From Macrostomum lignano (lineage: Eukaryota), in the NCBI GenBank assembly GCA_002269645.1, contig NIVC01000415.1, forward strand, positions 62,001 to 126,000: a DNA stretch of 64,000 bases, given 5' to 3'. The stretch's first letter is position 1. Each line of letters starts with the position of its first letter. The notes under the pieces were generated by a model that saw nothing but the letters and a program-made list of their open reading frames with translations, made no database searches and was not told the DNA's origin. A program made the translations under genes and the position numbers. Shown here one piece after another: positions 24,573 to 35,880 of this stretch.

Positions 24573-27500
24573 TCATAGCGCCGGAGCATTGCACAACAGC
24601 TCCTCATAATCTGGCTCCTTATCTGGCTGTCCCACCGGTGTTGTCAGCCGAACATCGCAGTTACGAAAGCCGTTAGCCTTGTGAAAATCGATAATTTTGC
24701 CCAGGCTTGAGTGAACCTGCTTCTCGCCGAGCACGTTGAATCTGCCGCGCTCGAGCTGCTCAATCAGGTAGTGCCGGACTCCGTTTCTCGACTTGAAGCT
24801 GAGCACAAAGCCAAGCTGGCTGTTGCTGACACGGACTAGAAAGCTCCCGGTGTTTTTGGATCCGAGCAGCTGGTTGGCCTCGTTGCGCGTTATGATGCCG
24901 TGAAACCAGGTCTCATAGCCGCGAGTCTGCATGATCTGGTCCTTCTGCGTAGTCTTGAACCAGAGCACTGTCTCCGATCGAGTCACTTGTGCTCCTTCTT
25001 CGCCTTCTTCGCCAACGCTGACTGTCGACTTTCTCAACTCCTCCGGAGGTGGCGGCGCCGTAGGAGTGATCGGCAACGCCAGCGCGGCTCGTTTACGCCT
25101 TTCGATCTCGGCAGCCTTCAACTTGAGATAGCGGCGCCTCTGCAGCCAGCCACGAATCACCTTCTGGCAGGTTACCACGCGTCCGCAGTAGCGCCGCTCC
25201 TCCTTGGCAAGTAAGCGGCTGGCGTTCACGCGCATGAACACTTTCGTCTTGCCCATGGCAACCTCCTCTGCTGGCAGCTCGGCCTGTCGGCACACGGCTC
25301 GAACGCGGGCTGCGTCGCTTTCCAGCCGGCCAGAGCCGTACAGGAAGCTCAGCACCGGACACAACAGGTGCAGCTCCCCGTAGGTGCACCTCACCGGAAA
25401 GCCGGCCTGACGGACTCGCACCGCTTCGGCTATCCCGCAGTAGTGAATCTGTCGCCGAACGTACTCCTGATCGAAACTGTTCGCAGCGTTATCCCTATTG
25501 GGCTTGATGCAGCGCACGAAAAATGGCTGCGATTCGCGCAGCTTGGCCAGCAAAAAGTCCAACGAGCTGCGGAATTGAACAGCCAGCTGCAGGCCAGCTG
25601 ATGCTTGCTGTTTTCCGTTGCCAGCCTTCGCCTTGCTGCCGTGGTGGCTGTTGATTATTTCGGTCAACAGCTTCAACTTAGAGGAGGCCAGAACCTCCAT
25701 CGTATTCTCCGGAGCCTTGTCTCGGTTCTTCTCAACCATACCGGGTATGGTGTAGGTGACAGCTCCGGCGTAATGATTCACGGTGAACACGGCAGGATTC
25801 TTAGCCGAGATTTGCAACTTCGGCTTGTCCACCAAATGCTTCATCAGCTTGTTATACAGACTCTCGTCCGTTCCGGAGGCTAGGCTGCTCTCCTCGTTCA
25901 ACAGAGACAGAACTCCAAGCGGCCTCTCTAGAAATAGGTTCAGAGTCACCTGGTTGTCTTCGAATGGAATCTCAACCCAGGACAGACCTTCGGACTGGTA
26001 CTCGGCCTGTTCCAGCTGAATCACGTGGTGGGTGAAGAACAACTGGAGCTGTTCGTTCGCCAGGTTGATGCACAGCTGCTCAAACGAGTTTATGGCCAAC
26101 GATTCAAAGCCGAAGATGTCCAGCACGCCGATTTGTCGAACTCTGGTGCCGGGGTCCGGGCGGCCGGTGCTGGCCAGGATGTCGTTAACTCGCTGGATAA
26201 TCCAGTCAAACAGTTTCGTGTAAATCGCCCGTATGCAGCCGTTTAGCACCACGCGCGTCTTGTCTTCGTGAAACAGGGAGTAGATGTCTTCGTCGTTGAC
26301 CTTCAGCTTACTTGTAGTCAGAGTCTTGAGCAGACGACGCCTCGAATCCTTGCCCTTGAGGCCGAGCCGTTTGCAGGCCAGCTTAAAAGTCGTCTCCGAT
26401 TTGGGATCAAGCGAGGTGCACACCGTGTGGTTCTGCTCCTCGGATCGGAACTCGACATCGGCCAGGAGCAGCAGGCCTGAGAGGATCTGGAACACGCCCT
26501 CCTTCTGCTGAGCAGTGAAGCTGAGCTTGTCGAATGCGTCCAAGACCTCCGTGGCTTTGGCCTCTAAATCTGTGTATCGCCTGCCAAGCGTCTCAGCATT
26601 GCTGATCAAACTCAACGGTCCTAGAGGCCTGACATCCTTGAAGAAGCTGTTACTAGAAAGGCACATGTAATAGAAAATGTGAAAATTGCCTTCGTCTTCC
26701 GTGGCGCTTAGTAGTCGAGACTTCTCCAGCATGTAGGTGCGAATTTCGCTGGACACCAAAGCGTTGCCCTGGAGGCCTAGCGAGACGAACTTAGCGAATC
26801 GGCTGGAGTTGTGGTTCATCACTGTGCGAGCGTTGCCGAAAGCTTCCATGATCGGATTGGCCTGAGTTGGTGAGTTTGGGCAGAAACGAGTTTACTAATG
26901 AACTAATGTACAGGCATGTTCGGAAACAGCTAAAACCCCCAAGGCATCACAGACAAAAGTTAGGCAAAGTCATTCATCTGTCCCGTAGGAGTTCATGAAC
27001 CGGTTGGTGATCAGGTGAATCGGGGCGTAGCCATGGTGGCATGGATGGCCCTATGAGATAACCTTAAAGTTTAACACCCTCAAACCCGCTGGCTGCTCTG
27101 CAACCATCTGCCATCCGCTGACTGCCTGCAGCCGCAGCTGTCTGTGGGCAGCACCGTAGATCTCATATTCCCTAGATAGGCCACTTTGTATTGCGGCAAT
27201 AGGGAAAGCCGATATGGGTTGCTGTAATTTTGAGTTCAGTAGCTTAGGGACATAGACGCTATTTTTGAAAATTGAATAAAACTTCTCATGAATTAATTAA
27301 AAAGCTACTCAATTGAACTAAAAAGAATGATGAATTCACTGCAGACACTACTGACGAACTTGAGTTCAGTAGTTGATTTTCGCACTGTCGCGAGATGCAA
27401 ATTTTTTTACATTAGCTTCTAGGTCACAAAAGGGGTTAATGAGTGGCCTATCTTGTTTATATATGATCTTTGGGCAGCACTAGCGGCACCCTGCCACTCA

Positions 27501-29146
27501 CTCTGAGAAAACACACTGTGGCAGCAGAGCAGCCATCAAAAGAAACAACACACATTTTTACACAGCTCATTATTCTATGGCCTACCCGAGCCTTAATGAT
27601 TGTCCAAGGAACGCCATTATTCCAGGCTTCCAACGCGCATTTCAACCATAGACAAAACATTTTACTTAACAGAAGTGACGATAAATACACTAGGCAATTG
27701 AGAATATGCTCGTACATACATGTAAATATAAAATATGCGTATAACCTGGCCCTGCCTTAAAAAAGAGTCTAGTCTAGGAAAATCATAGTCTATGGTCGAC
27801 CGTATACCCTCTAACTCTTCCCTTTAGTATTTCTATCCAAGCTCTAAAATTGTCTATGGCCAATCCTTTGAGACAATTCTAAGCGGTAAGCAATGAAAAC
27901 ATCTATGCGGTACGGAATGATCGGTACGCAATGATCGCGGGACTCGGGTAGGCCATAGAATAATGAGCGTGTGTAGTATGTATTAGCCTTGAATAATGAT
28001 CGACTGCCACTCGTGGATTTGCTTCGCCACTCGTGACAGAGATCATTATTTAGCGATTTGACGATCATTATTCACATTTTTAATGCAGAACAATCCATTA
28101 CTACAAACAATGCATTGTCTGTAGGATCGTCAAACAGAAAAACAATGCAAAGAATCAGCGGTCGCAGCACGTGACAACGATTTGTCTATGGCTCGCGCCT
28201 ACCGGCGCTCGCCAGACAATCGTTGGCACGCACTGGGACCGCTTATTATTCATCCATTATTCAAGGCTAATACATACTACACAATCTACCATTAGTGAAT
28301 CTATGGCTACTGCAGACAGCGGATTTTCCTAAAGTGAATGCTGTGGATGCTTGTGGGTTGATGCAGATGTCTTATGGGCATGGCTGCTCTGCAGCCAACG
28401 GGTTTTCTCAGAGTGAGTGCACATGCTTGAGGAGCAGGAGTGGTTAAGAGGCGCGGTTTTAGCTGTTGCTGTGCATATTTTCGCGGCCTTTTTTAGCTAA
28501 ACTATTTAATGAATTAAGGTACAAGCAGGGCCTATTTGTGCATAAAAAACGTCGCACTTTATTGTTACATTGACACGCAGCCAATTAACAATATTTGGAA
28601 ATTTAAGTAAGCAAAGTTTACATTTTATGAACGTAGCACTTAATGTTGAAACCGTACAGGAATGCGTAATGTGAAATCAGTGTTTAAAGCTCGAATGCAA
28701 TAAGCTATTTTAAATTTACTCACCGCTAGAAGACACTCGGCAACTCGAGTTCGATTCAGCTGCGACGAGCTGGCCATCTTGACGAACTGCTGCAACAACA
28801 GCTTGGTGCTCTCAGTCTTGCCCGAGCCCGACTCGCCGCTGATCAGTATAGTCGAGTCCTTGCCAACCAAGTTAAAGGCTGCGGTGCCCACAGTGTAAAT
28901 GTGAGCACTGGATCCGACTTCGTTGCCAACGGCAACTGGTCCGCTCCAGTCTGGCCTAGACAGACACGAAAACTCCTTCTCGGTGTAGACATTGACAGGT
29001 TTGAAGGGGTTCAAGAACACAAGAATGTCTCCGACCAGGGTGTAGATTCGATCTTTGTTGTACCTGTCCTGCAGCACTTTGCCAATCGCCTCCTCGGAGA
29101 GTTCAGTGAGGGAGGCCAAGTCGTAGATGTCAGCCGAAGGTCGCAT
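24573..29146 (-). CDS. Unconventional myosin with motor + 1 IQ + C-terminal SH2 domain (class XXVIII-like), ~903 aa; exons 29146-28724 and 26861-24573
   Basis: P-loop GESGSGKT, switch I NHNSSRFAK, switch II LDIFGFE, EQLCINLANEQLQ, PFFVRCIKPN, IQ-like VVTCQKVIRGWLQRRRY, SH2 WFHG...GSFLVRVS...RHYLIE. Phase-0 junction GCG|gtgagt..actcag|GCC gives ECLLA-ANPIMEAFGNA. Class assignment rests on recalled domain architecture, not a phylogeny. Confidence 0.9.
27495..28419. repeat. Nested inverted repeats (probable MITE/foldback remnants) in the myosin intron
   Basis: Perfect inverted pairs 27565-27590 / 27943-27968 (26 bp) and 27970-27998 / 28255-28283 (29 bp), enclosed by an interrupted outer pair 27495-27536 / 28380-28419. 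Confidence 0.75.
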
Positions 29147-30819
29147 GATTTTGATTTTTCAATAATCTAGTTGCTATGCCTCATGCTCGCAGCAAGCAAA
29201 GCAGACCAACACTGGGTTTTTATAAGCACCGAAATGATGAGGCGCGCCTACGATATTGGGCTACGATTTCTGTTATTGTCTGTCTCGGTGGCGCAGCTGC
29301 TTTAGGCCATCTCACAGAGCATGAGTCACCTTTAACTGAACTTTACGAGATGCGATCTACTGAGACTGTCAGCGAGAAAGAACTTGAAAACAGTGGACCA
29401 ATGGCCCTCCTCAGACTGAATCACGTGACCCAGCCGAGACTTAGCTGCCATTAAAACTTGTGCTGGCCTATAGATAAATAATTCATTCCAACCCTCTCTC
29501 AGCTGCTGGCGCATTGTCTGCAAGTGATGATCAACCCCGAAAATGCGCAAGTACGGAGCAAGCGCGAATACAATACCAGAGGGGTGTCCCGAATCTCCCC
29601 AAGAAACCCTCGAGTGTCGCCTGTGTGTGACAGCGTTCAAGCTCGAGACGGCACTCTCGCAGGGTACCTGCGCTGCTCGCAGCTACCCAACTTCTCTCTC
29701 GCTGCACACACACTTCTTCGCAGTGCCAGTAATGCTACGAAATGTTTTTTAAAGCATTTTTAGTCCAAGCGATTCTTCTTCAACACGAAATTCCATTTTG
29801 TAAGAAAGAATTTTCATAAAATAGCTCGGACCCTGCCCCCACGCTATGAAAACAGTTTCCAAGAAATTGAAGCACAATAAAGTACAGTTATAGAAGAGCC
29901 ATCGCTGGCACTTAAAACTGAGGACACCCACCCAGCTATATGCTGAATGCAAACTTGAGTCATGCCGCTTCAATTCAACAAGTTTGAGCACTCGCTTGCT
30001 CGGCGAAGACGGCAAGGTCGGTCAATAATGACGCACCAAAAAGTACGAGATAGCATTTCTTATATTTATCCAAGCAGACTAAACCTTTATTAATAAATTA
30101 ATATTCTAAGGTACTACTAGCTAAATGAAAAATAAGGCCATGCTGACGCATTCGATATAATTGTCATGTGTATGCATCTGAGAGTAAGCTTTATTAAAAG
30201 TAATTGCATTTGCCTTGTTCAAACCATCGAATTTTTGTTTAAATTAATCTGGCCGAGCACGGACTCAAACCTGGCTAGTCTGGCAGACTCTCCCTCTCAC
30301 TTGTCCTCCTTTGATAAAACATTGTACACCCTGTGAGCGAGGTTTTGGGCCAGGGTGCCCCGCGCAGCTCTCCGGTAATTATTTTTTTCCAACTACTTAC
30401 CCGTCTATTGTAAGTAGTACGAAAAGAATTCTTAAAACTAACGATCAAAGAAGCGCGATACGAGTAACGTTGTAAATGAACTCAACAATTAAACATTGAT
30501 GCAAAACAGAATGCATAAGTAAGGTCGAATTGGTCAAAAGCGAAAAAATCCCTTTTTCAGGAGGGGAATATCAGAGTTCGCCTTGAATAAAATTCTGTTT
30601 TGCTGAATTTAAAGAATAAGTCAAAAGAATTTTCACTTTTCACTGTTGTTCGCGTTTCAAATATTCTGTTTTTTTAAAATGCTTCAAAAGACCCTCGACA
30701 TAGCTGGAGCAGACAGATGACCTCTGACAGATTGTAATGGGATAATGCTGCTGCGCTACCCTCGACTTCATCATTATGACATGGTGCTAAAGTCGTGAGG
30801 TCGTTGCTCCGCCCCCCAT

Positions 30820-32090
30820 CTAGTTTGGCTGTCATCCGCCCCCATCCTTTGGCTGTCATCCACCCCCTCTACTTTGGCTGTCATCCGACCCCATCTACTT
30901 TGGCTGTCATCCGCCCCCATCTACTTTGGCTGTCATCCGCCCCCATTCTACTTTGGCTGTCATCCGTCCCGCATCCTTTGGTTGTCATCCGCCCCAATCT
31001 ACGTTGGCTGTCATCCACCCCCATCTACGTTGGCTGTCATCCGCCCCATCTACTTTGGCTGTCATCCGCTCCCATCCTTTGGCTGTCATCCGCCCCCCCC
31101 ATCTACGTTGGCTGTCATCCGCCCCCATCTACTTTGGCTGTCATCCGCCCCCATCCTTTGGCTGTCATCCGACCCCCTCTACTTTGGCTGTCATCCGACC
31201 CCATCTACTTTGGCTGTCATCCGCCCCCATCTACTTTGGCTGTCATCCGCCCCCGTCCTTTGGCTGTCATCCGCCCCCATCCTTTGGTTGTCATCCGCCC
31301 CCATCTACGTTGGCTGTCATCCACCCCCATCTACGTTGGCTGTCATCCGCCCCATCTACTTTGGCTGTCATCCGCTCCCATCCTTTGGCTGTCATCCGCC
31401 CCCCCCATCTACGTTGGCTGTCATCCGCCCCCATCTACTTTGGCTGTCATCCGCCCCCATCCTTTGGCTGTCATCCGACCCCATCTACGTTAGCTGTCAT
31501 CCGCCCCCAGCTACGTTGGCTGTCATCCGCCCCCCCACGCATCTACGTTGCTGTCATTCGCCCCCATCTACTTTGGCTGTCATCCGCCCCCCCATGCATC
31601 TACGTTGGCTGTCATCCGCCCCCATCTACTTTGGCTGTCATCCGCCCCCATCCTTTGGCTGTCATCCGCCCCCATCTACTTTGGCTGTCATCCGCCCCCA
31701 TCCTTTGGCTGTCATCCGCCCCCATCTACTTTGGCTGTCATCCGCCCCCATCCTTTGGCTGTCATCCGCCCCCATCCTTTGGCTGTCATCCGCCCCCATC
31801 TACTTTGGCTGTCATCCGCCCCCATCTACTTTGGCTGTCATCCGCCCCCGTCCTTTGGCTGTCATCCGCCCCCATCTACTTTGGCTGTCATCCGCCCCCG
31901 TCCTTTGGCTGTCATCCGCCCCCGTCCTTTGGCTGTCACCCACCCCCATCTACTTTGGCTGTCATCCGCCCCCGTCCTTTGGCTGTCACCCACCCCCATC
32001 TACTTTGGCTGTCATCCGCCCCCGTCCTTTGGCTGTCATCCGCCCCCGTCCTTTGGCTGTCATCCGCCCCCCCCCCATCTACGTTGGCTG
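30820..32090 (+). repeat. 22/26-bp minisatellite (TTGGCTGTCATCCGCCCCCATC[TAC]T) starting ~25 nt after the TAL stop codon
   Basis: About 50 units; explains ORFs 30795, 30874, 30926 and 31548. Confidence 0.95.
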
Positions 32091-32113
32091 GCAGCAGCTC
32101 AGCAAGCATCGTG

Positions 32114-33934
32114 TCACCCAGACGGAGTCTTCCATACGAGAAATATTCTATCGCCGCATCGGAAGCGCGCTGAGCAGCCAGTCACGTGACTGTAACTCGC
32201 CGAGTATCCGCCTCTGACGATGACAACGTGCCAAATTCGACCGAGACAATTTTCCAGCTGACGCTTGGCTTCATCAGCCAGTTCAGAGTCGGTGTCTGAT
32301 TCGATCAGAGAATCCCGAGATGTCACTAATTCAGTTATAGTTTTAATAATAACTGACTCGGTGTCTGGAGCAGCACTGCAGCTGATCAAGGATGCAATCG
32401 ATTCAGCCGGCTCGGTTTTCGCCGCGCTTCCATTTCGTTGCCGGTGTCGGAATTTTGATTGGCTGGAAGAGGAGCCCAGCTGACGCTGACGCCTGTAAGC
32501 TCGGCTGCGGAATCACGGATTTAAAAAGTTTTTTAAGACTTAGTGTACATGCGAATGCGTGCTAAGGTGCCAGATTGGAGCTAAGGTGCCAGATTGGAGC
32601 TAAGGTGCCAGATTGGAGCTAAGGTGCCAGATTGGAGCTAAGGTGCCAGATTGGAGCTAAGGTGCCAGATTGGAGCTAAGGTGCCAGATTGGAGCTAAGG
32701 TGCCAGATTGGAGCTAAGGTGCCAGATTGGAGCTAAGGTGCCAGATTGGAGCTAAGGTGCCAGATTGGAGCTAAGGTGCCACGTCACTCACGCAGTGTTA
32801 ACCTTGAGCCCGAGCACTTGGCAGAACTCTTCCAGAGTGATGGCGCCATTCCTGTTTAAGTCAAAAATTGTCAGCCATCTCTAAAAAAATTTCAAAGAAA
32901 CGATTGCAGTCTTTAGAGCATTCAATTCTTTCCATTATTAATGTACTGTGTATCATAATAGACTGTAGTACGATTTTCTATTGGATAGATTGTAGGATAA
33001 ACTGAAAGATAGACTGCAGGATAGACTAAAGGAAAGACTATAGAATAGACTACAGGATAGACTACAGGATAGACTGTAGGATAGACTGTAGGATAGACTA
33101 AAGGAAAGACTATAGAATAGACTACAGGATAGACTGTAGGATAGACTGTAGGATAGACTGTAGGATAGACAGTAGGATAGACTGTAGGATAGACAGTAGG
33201 ATAGACTGCAGTATAGACTGCAGGATAGACGGCAGGATAGACAGTAGGATAGACTGCAGTATAGACTGCAGTATAGACTGCAGGATAGACGGCAGGATAG
33301 ACTGTAGGATAGACTAAAGGAAAGACTATAGAATAGACTACAGGATAGACTACAGGATAGACTGTAGGATAGACTGTAGGATAGACTGTAGGATAGACAG
33401 TAGGATAGACTGCAGTATAGACTGCAGGATAGACGGCAGGATAGACTGTAGGATAGACTGTAGGATAGACTGTAGGATAGACTGTAGGATAGACAGTAGG
33501 ATAGACTGCAGTATAGACTGCAGGATAGACGGCAGGATAGACTGTAGGATAGACTGTAGGATAGACTGCAGGATAGACTGTAGGATAGACTGTAGGATAG
33601 ACTGCAGGATAGACTGTAGGATAGACTGCAAGATAGACTACAGGATAGACTGTAAGATAGACTGTAGGATAGACTGTAGATAGACTGTAGGATAGACTAC
33701 AGGATAGATTACAGGATAGACTACAGGATAGACTGTAGATAAACTGTAGGATAGACTGTAGTATAATACAATAATTACCTTAGCAAATGAGTCACTGACA
33801 AAAGTGCTCAGCTTGAGTCGCTGCCGCAGCTCCGCAGTGCCGATGACCTCATTCTCATGGGCATCAATAGCAATGAAAGCGTCCAAGAATGGGTTCGCTT
33901 CCATCTGCAGTTCTCGAATTTCATCGCGGTTCAT
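32114..33934 (-). CDS. Tegumental allergen-like (TAL) protein: two EF-hands + C-terminal dynein-light-chain-like domain, ~211 aa; exons 33934-33779, 32880-32792, 32504-32114
   Basis: Exon 1 [24 protein letters not shown] (EF1); exon 2 [27 protein letters not shown] (canonical EF2, absent from the ORF track); exon 3 [50 protein letters not shown]. Segments parallel schistosome Sm22.6-type TALs as recalled (AFLEID..E, W..FD.DKD.KI..EEFC..FGLKV, GRVWQVV..GSYW..FSH..LAWRTP). Junctions AAG|gtaatt..ttttag|AGA and GC|gtgagt..ccgcag|C keep the frame (636 nt total). Confidence 0.88.
32561..32780 (+). repeat. Perfect 19-bp minisatellite (GCTAAGGTGCCAGATTGGA) x11.6 in TAL intron 2
   Basis: Identical head-to-tail units with no spacers. 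Confidence 0.97.
32985..33765 (+). repeat. 12-bp satellite (ACTGTAGGATAG)n in TAL intron 1
   Basis: About 65 units with variants; explains the (SILQ)n ORFs. Confidence 0.95.
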
Positions 33935-34489
33935 TTTTACAACTATAGCTAAGGTAATAGAAACATTAGAACTTCTCAAGCCCCATTTAATGCGACTCGC
34001 CTATTTATACAGGCACAAAATTCTCACCAAATACAATTTAACACTAATAAACTGAACTGTTTACTAAGTTGGCAAATTACACCTTAGCTAGGCAAATATT
34101 GGACAAGATTATTATCGGTACATAAAAATGTATTCTTTACTCTGGGCGTGAATAATTTAATCTGGTGTTTTTGAATTGCCCTACAGATAATTGCAAGTGT
34201 TAATTAATTCGTGAGTCACAGCGGGAGAGGAGCAGCCGAACAATTAGCTGGCTGGCTATGAAGAATTGTACTTAAATGGTTGGAAAGACCACTTGTACTG
34301 CGTGATAGAAAAAAAATTAGCAGCTCGAACTTCTGGGAGCTGAAGTTATACGGAAAGCACTTTTAAATATTAGCTACTGTACTGTGTTAACCATTGTGGT
34401 TTTTTATAAGTTAGTTTCTGCAGAAAGAGTGCAGAGATAAACCAACTCAATATTCTTCGTTACCATATACTATTTGCAACAGTCGATAT

Positions 34490-35880
34490 GGTCTATCCTA
34501 CACTATCCTACAGTCTATCCTACACTATCCTACAGTCTATCCTACACTATCCTACAGTCTATCCTACACTATCCTTCAGTCTATCCTACAGTCTATCCTA
34601 CAGTCTATCCTACAGTCTATCCTGCACTATCCTACACTTTCCTGCAGTCTATCCTGCAGTCTATCCTGCACTATCGTAAGTCTATCCTACAGTCTATCCT
34701 ACACTATCCTACAGTCTATCCTACACTATCCTACAGTCTATCCTACACTATCCTACAGTCTATCCTACACTATCCTTCAGTCTATCCTACAGTCTATCCT
34801 ACAGTCTATCCTGCAGTCTATCCTGCACTATCCTACACTTTCCTGCAGTCTATCCTGCAGTCTATCCTGCACTATCGTAAGTCTATCCTACAGTCTATCC
34901 TACACTATCCTACAGTCTATCCTACACTATCCTACAGTCTATCCTGCAGTCTATCCTGCACTATCCTACAGTCTATCCTGCAGTCTATCCTGCACTATCC
35001 TAGAGTCTATCCTGCAGTCTATCCTACACTATCCTACAGTCTATCCTACACTATCCTACAGTCTATCCTACACTATCCTACAGTCTATCCTGCAGTCTAT
35101 CCTACACTTATCCTACAGTCTATCCTGCAGTCTATCCTACAGTCTATCCTACACTATCCTACACTTTCCTGCAGTCTATCCTGCAGTCTATCCTACACTA
35201 TCCTAGAGTCTATCCTGCAGTCTATCCTGCACTATCCTAGAGTCTATCCTGCAGTCTATCCTGCAGTCTATCCTACAGTCTATCCTGCAGTCTATCCCTA
35301 CAGTCTATCCTGCAGTCTATCCTACACTATCCTACAGTCTATCCTACACTATCCTAGAGTCTATCCTGCAGTCTATCCTGCACTATCCTAGAGTCTATCC
35401 TGCAGTCTATCCTGCAGTCTATCCTACATTATCCTGCAGTCTATCCTACACTATCCTACAGTCTATCCTGCAGTCTATCCTACTGTCTATCCTACACTAT
35501 CCTACACTTTCCTGCAGTCTATCCTGCAGTCTATCCTACACTATCCTAGAGTCTATCCTGCAATCTATCCTGCACTATCCTAGAGTCTATCCTGCAGTCT
35601 ATCCTGCAGTCTATCCTACAGTCTATCCTGCAGTCTATCCCTACAGTCTATCCTGCAGTCTATCCTACACTATCCTACAGTCTATCCTACACTATCCTAG
35701 AGTCTATCCTGCAGTCTATCCTGCACTATCCTAGAGTCTATCCTGCAGTCTATCCTGCAGTCTATCCTACAGTCTATCCTGCAGTCTATCCTACACTATC
35801 CTGCAGTCTATCCTACACTATCCTACAGTCTATCCTGCAGTCTATCCTACACTATCCTACAGTCTATCCTGCAGTCCTTC
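34490..35880 (+). repeat. 12/10-bp satellite (CTATCCTACAGT / CTATCCTACA)n upstream of TAL exon 1; reverse complement of the 32985-33765 array
   Basis: The unit is the exact reverse complement of ACTGTAGGATAG. Confidence 0.95.

Noticed and set aside
29176-29763. Several overlapping short ORFs upstream of the myosin
   Set aside because: No recognisable domain and no consistent splice path into myosin exon 1; may be 5' UTR.
32561-32780. Possible CRISPR array (regular short repeats)
   Set aside because: Identical head-to-tail units with no unique spacers, no cas genes, and located in a eukaryotic intron. The same holds for all other arrays.
30795-35391. Long plus-strand ORFs (LAVIRP, SILQ, VYPT repeats)
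   Set aside because: All derive from the 22/26-bp and 12-bp arrays.
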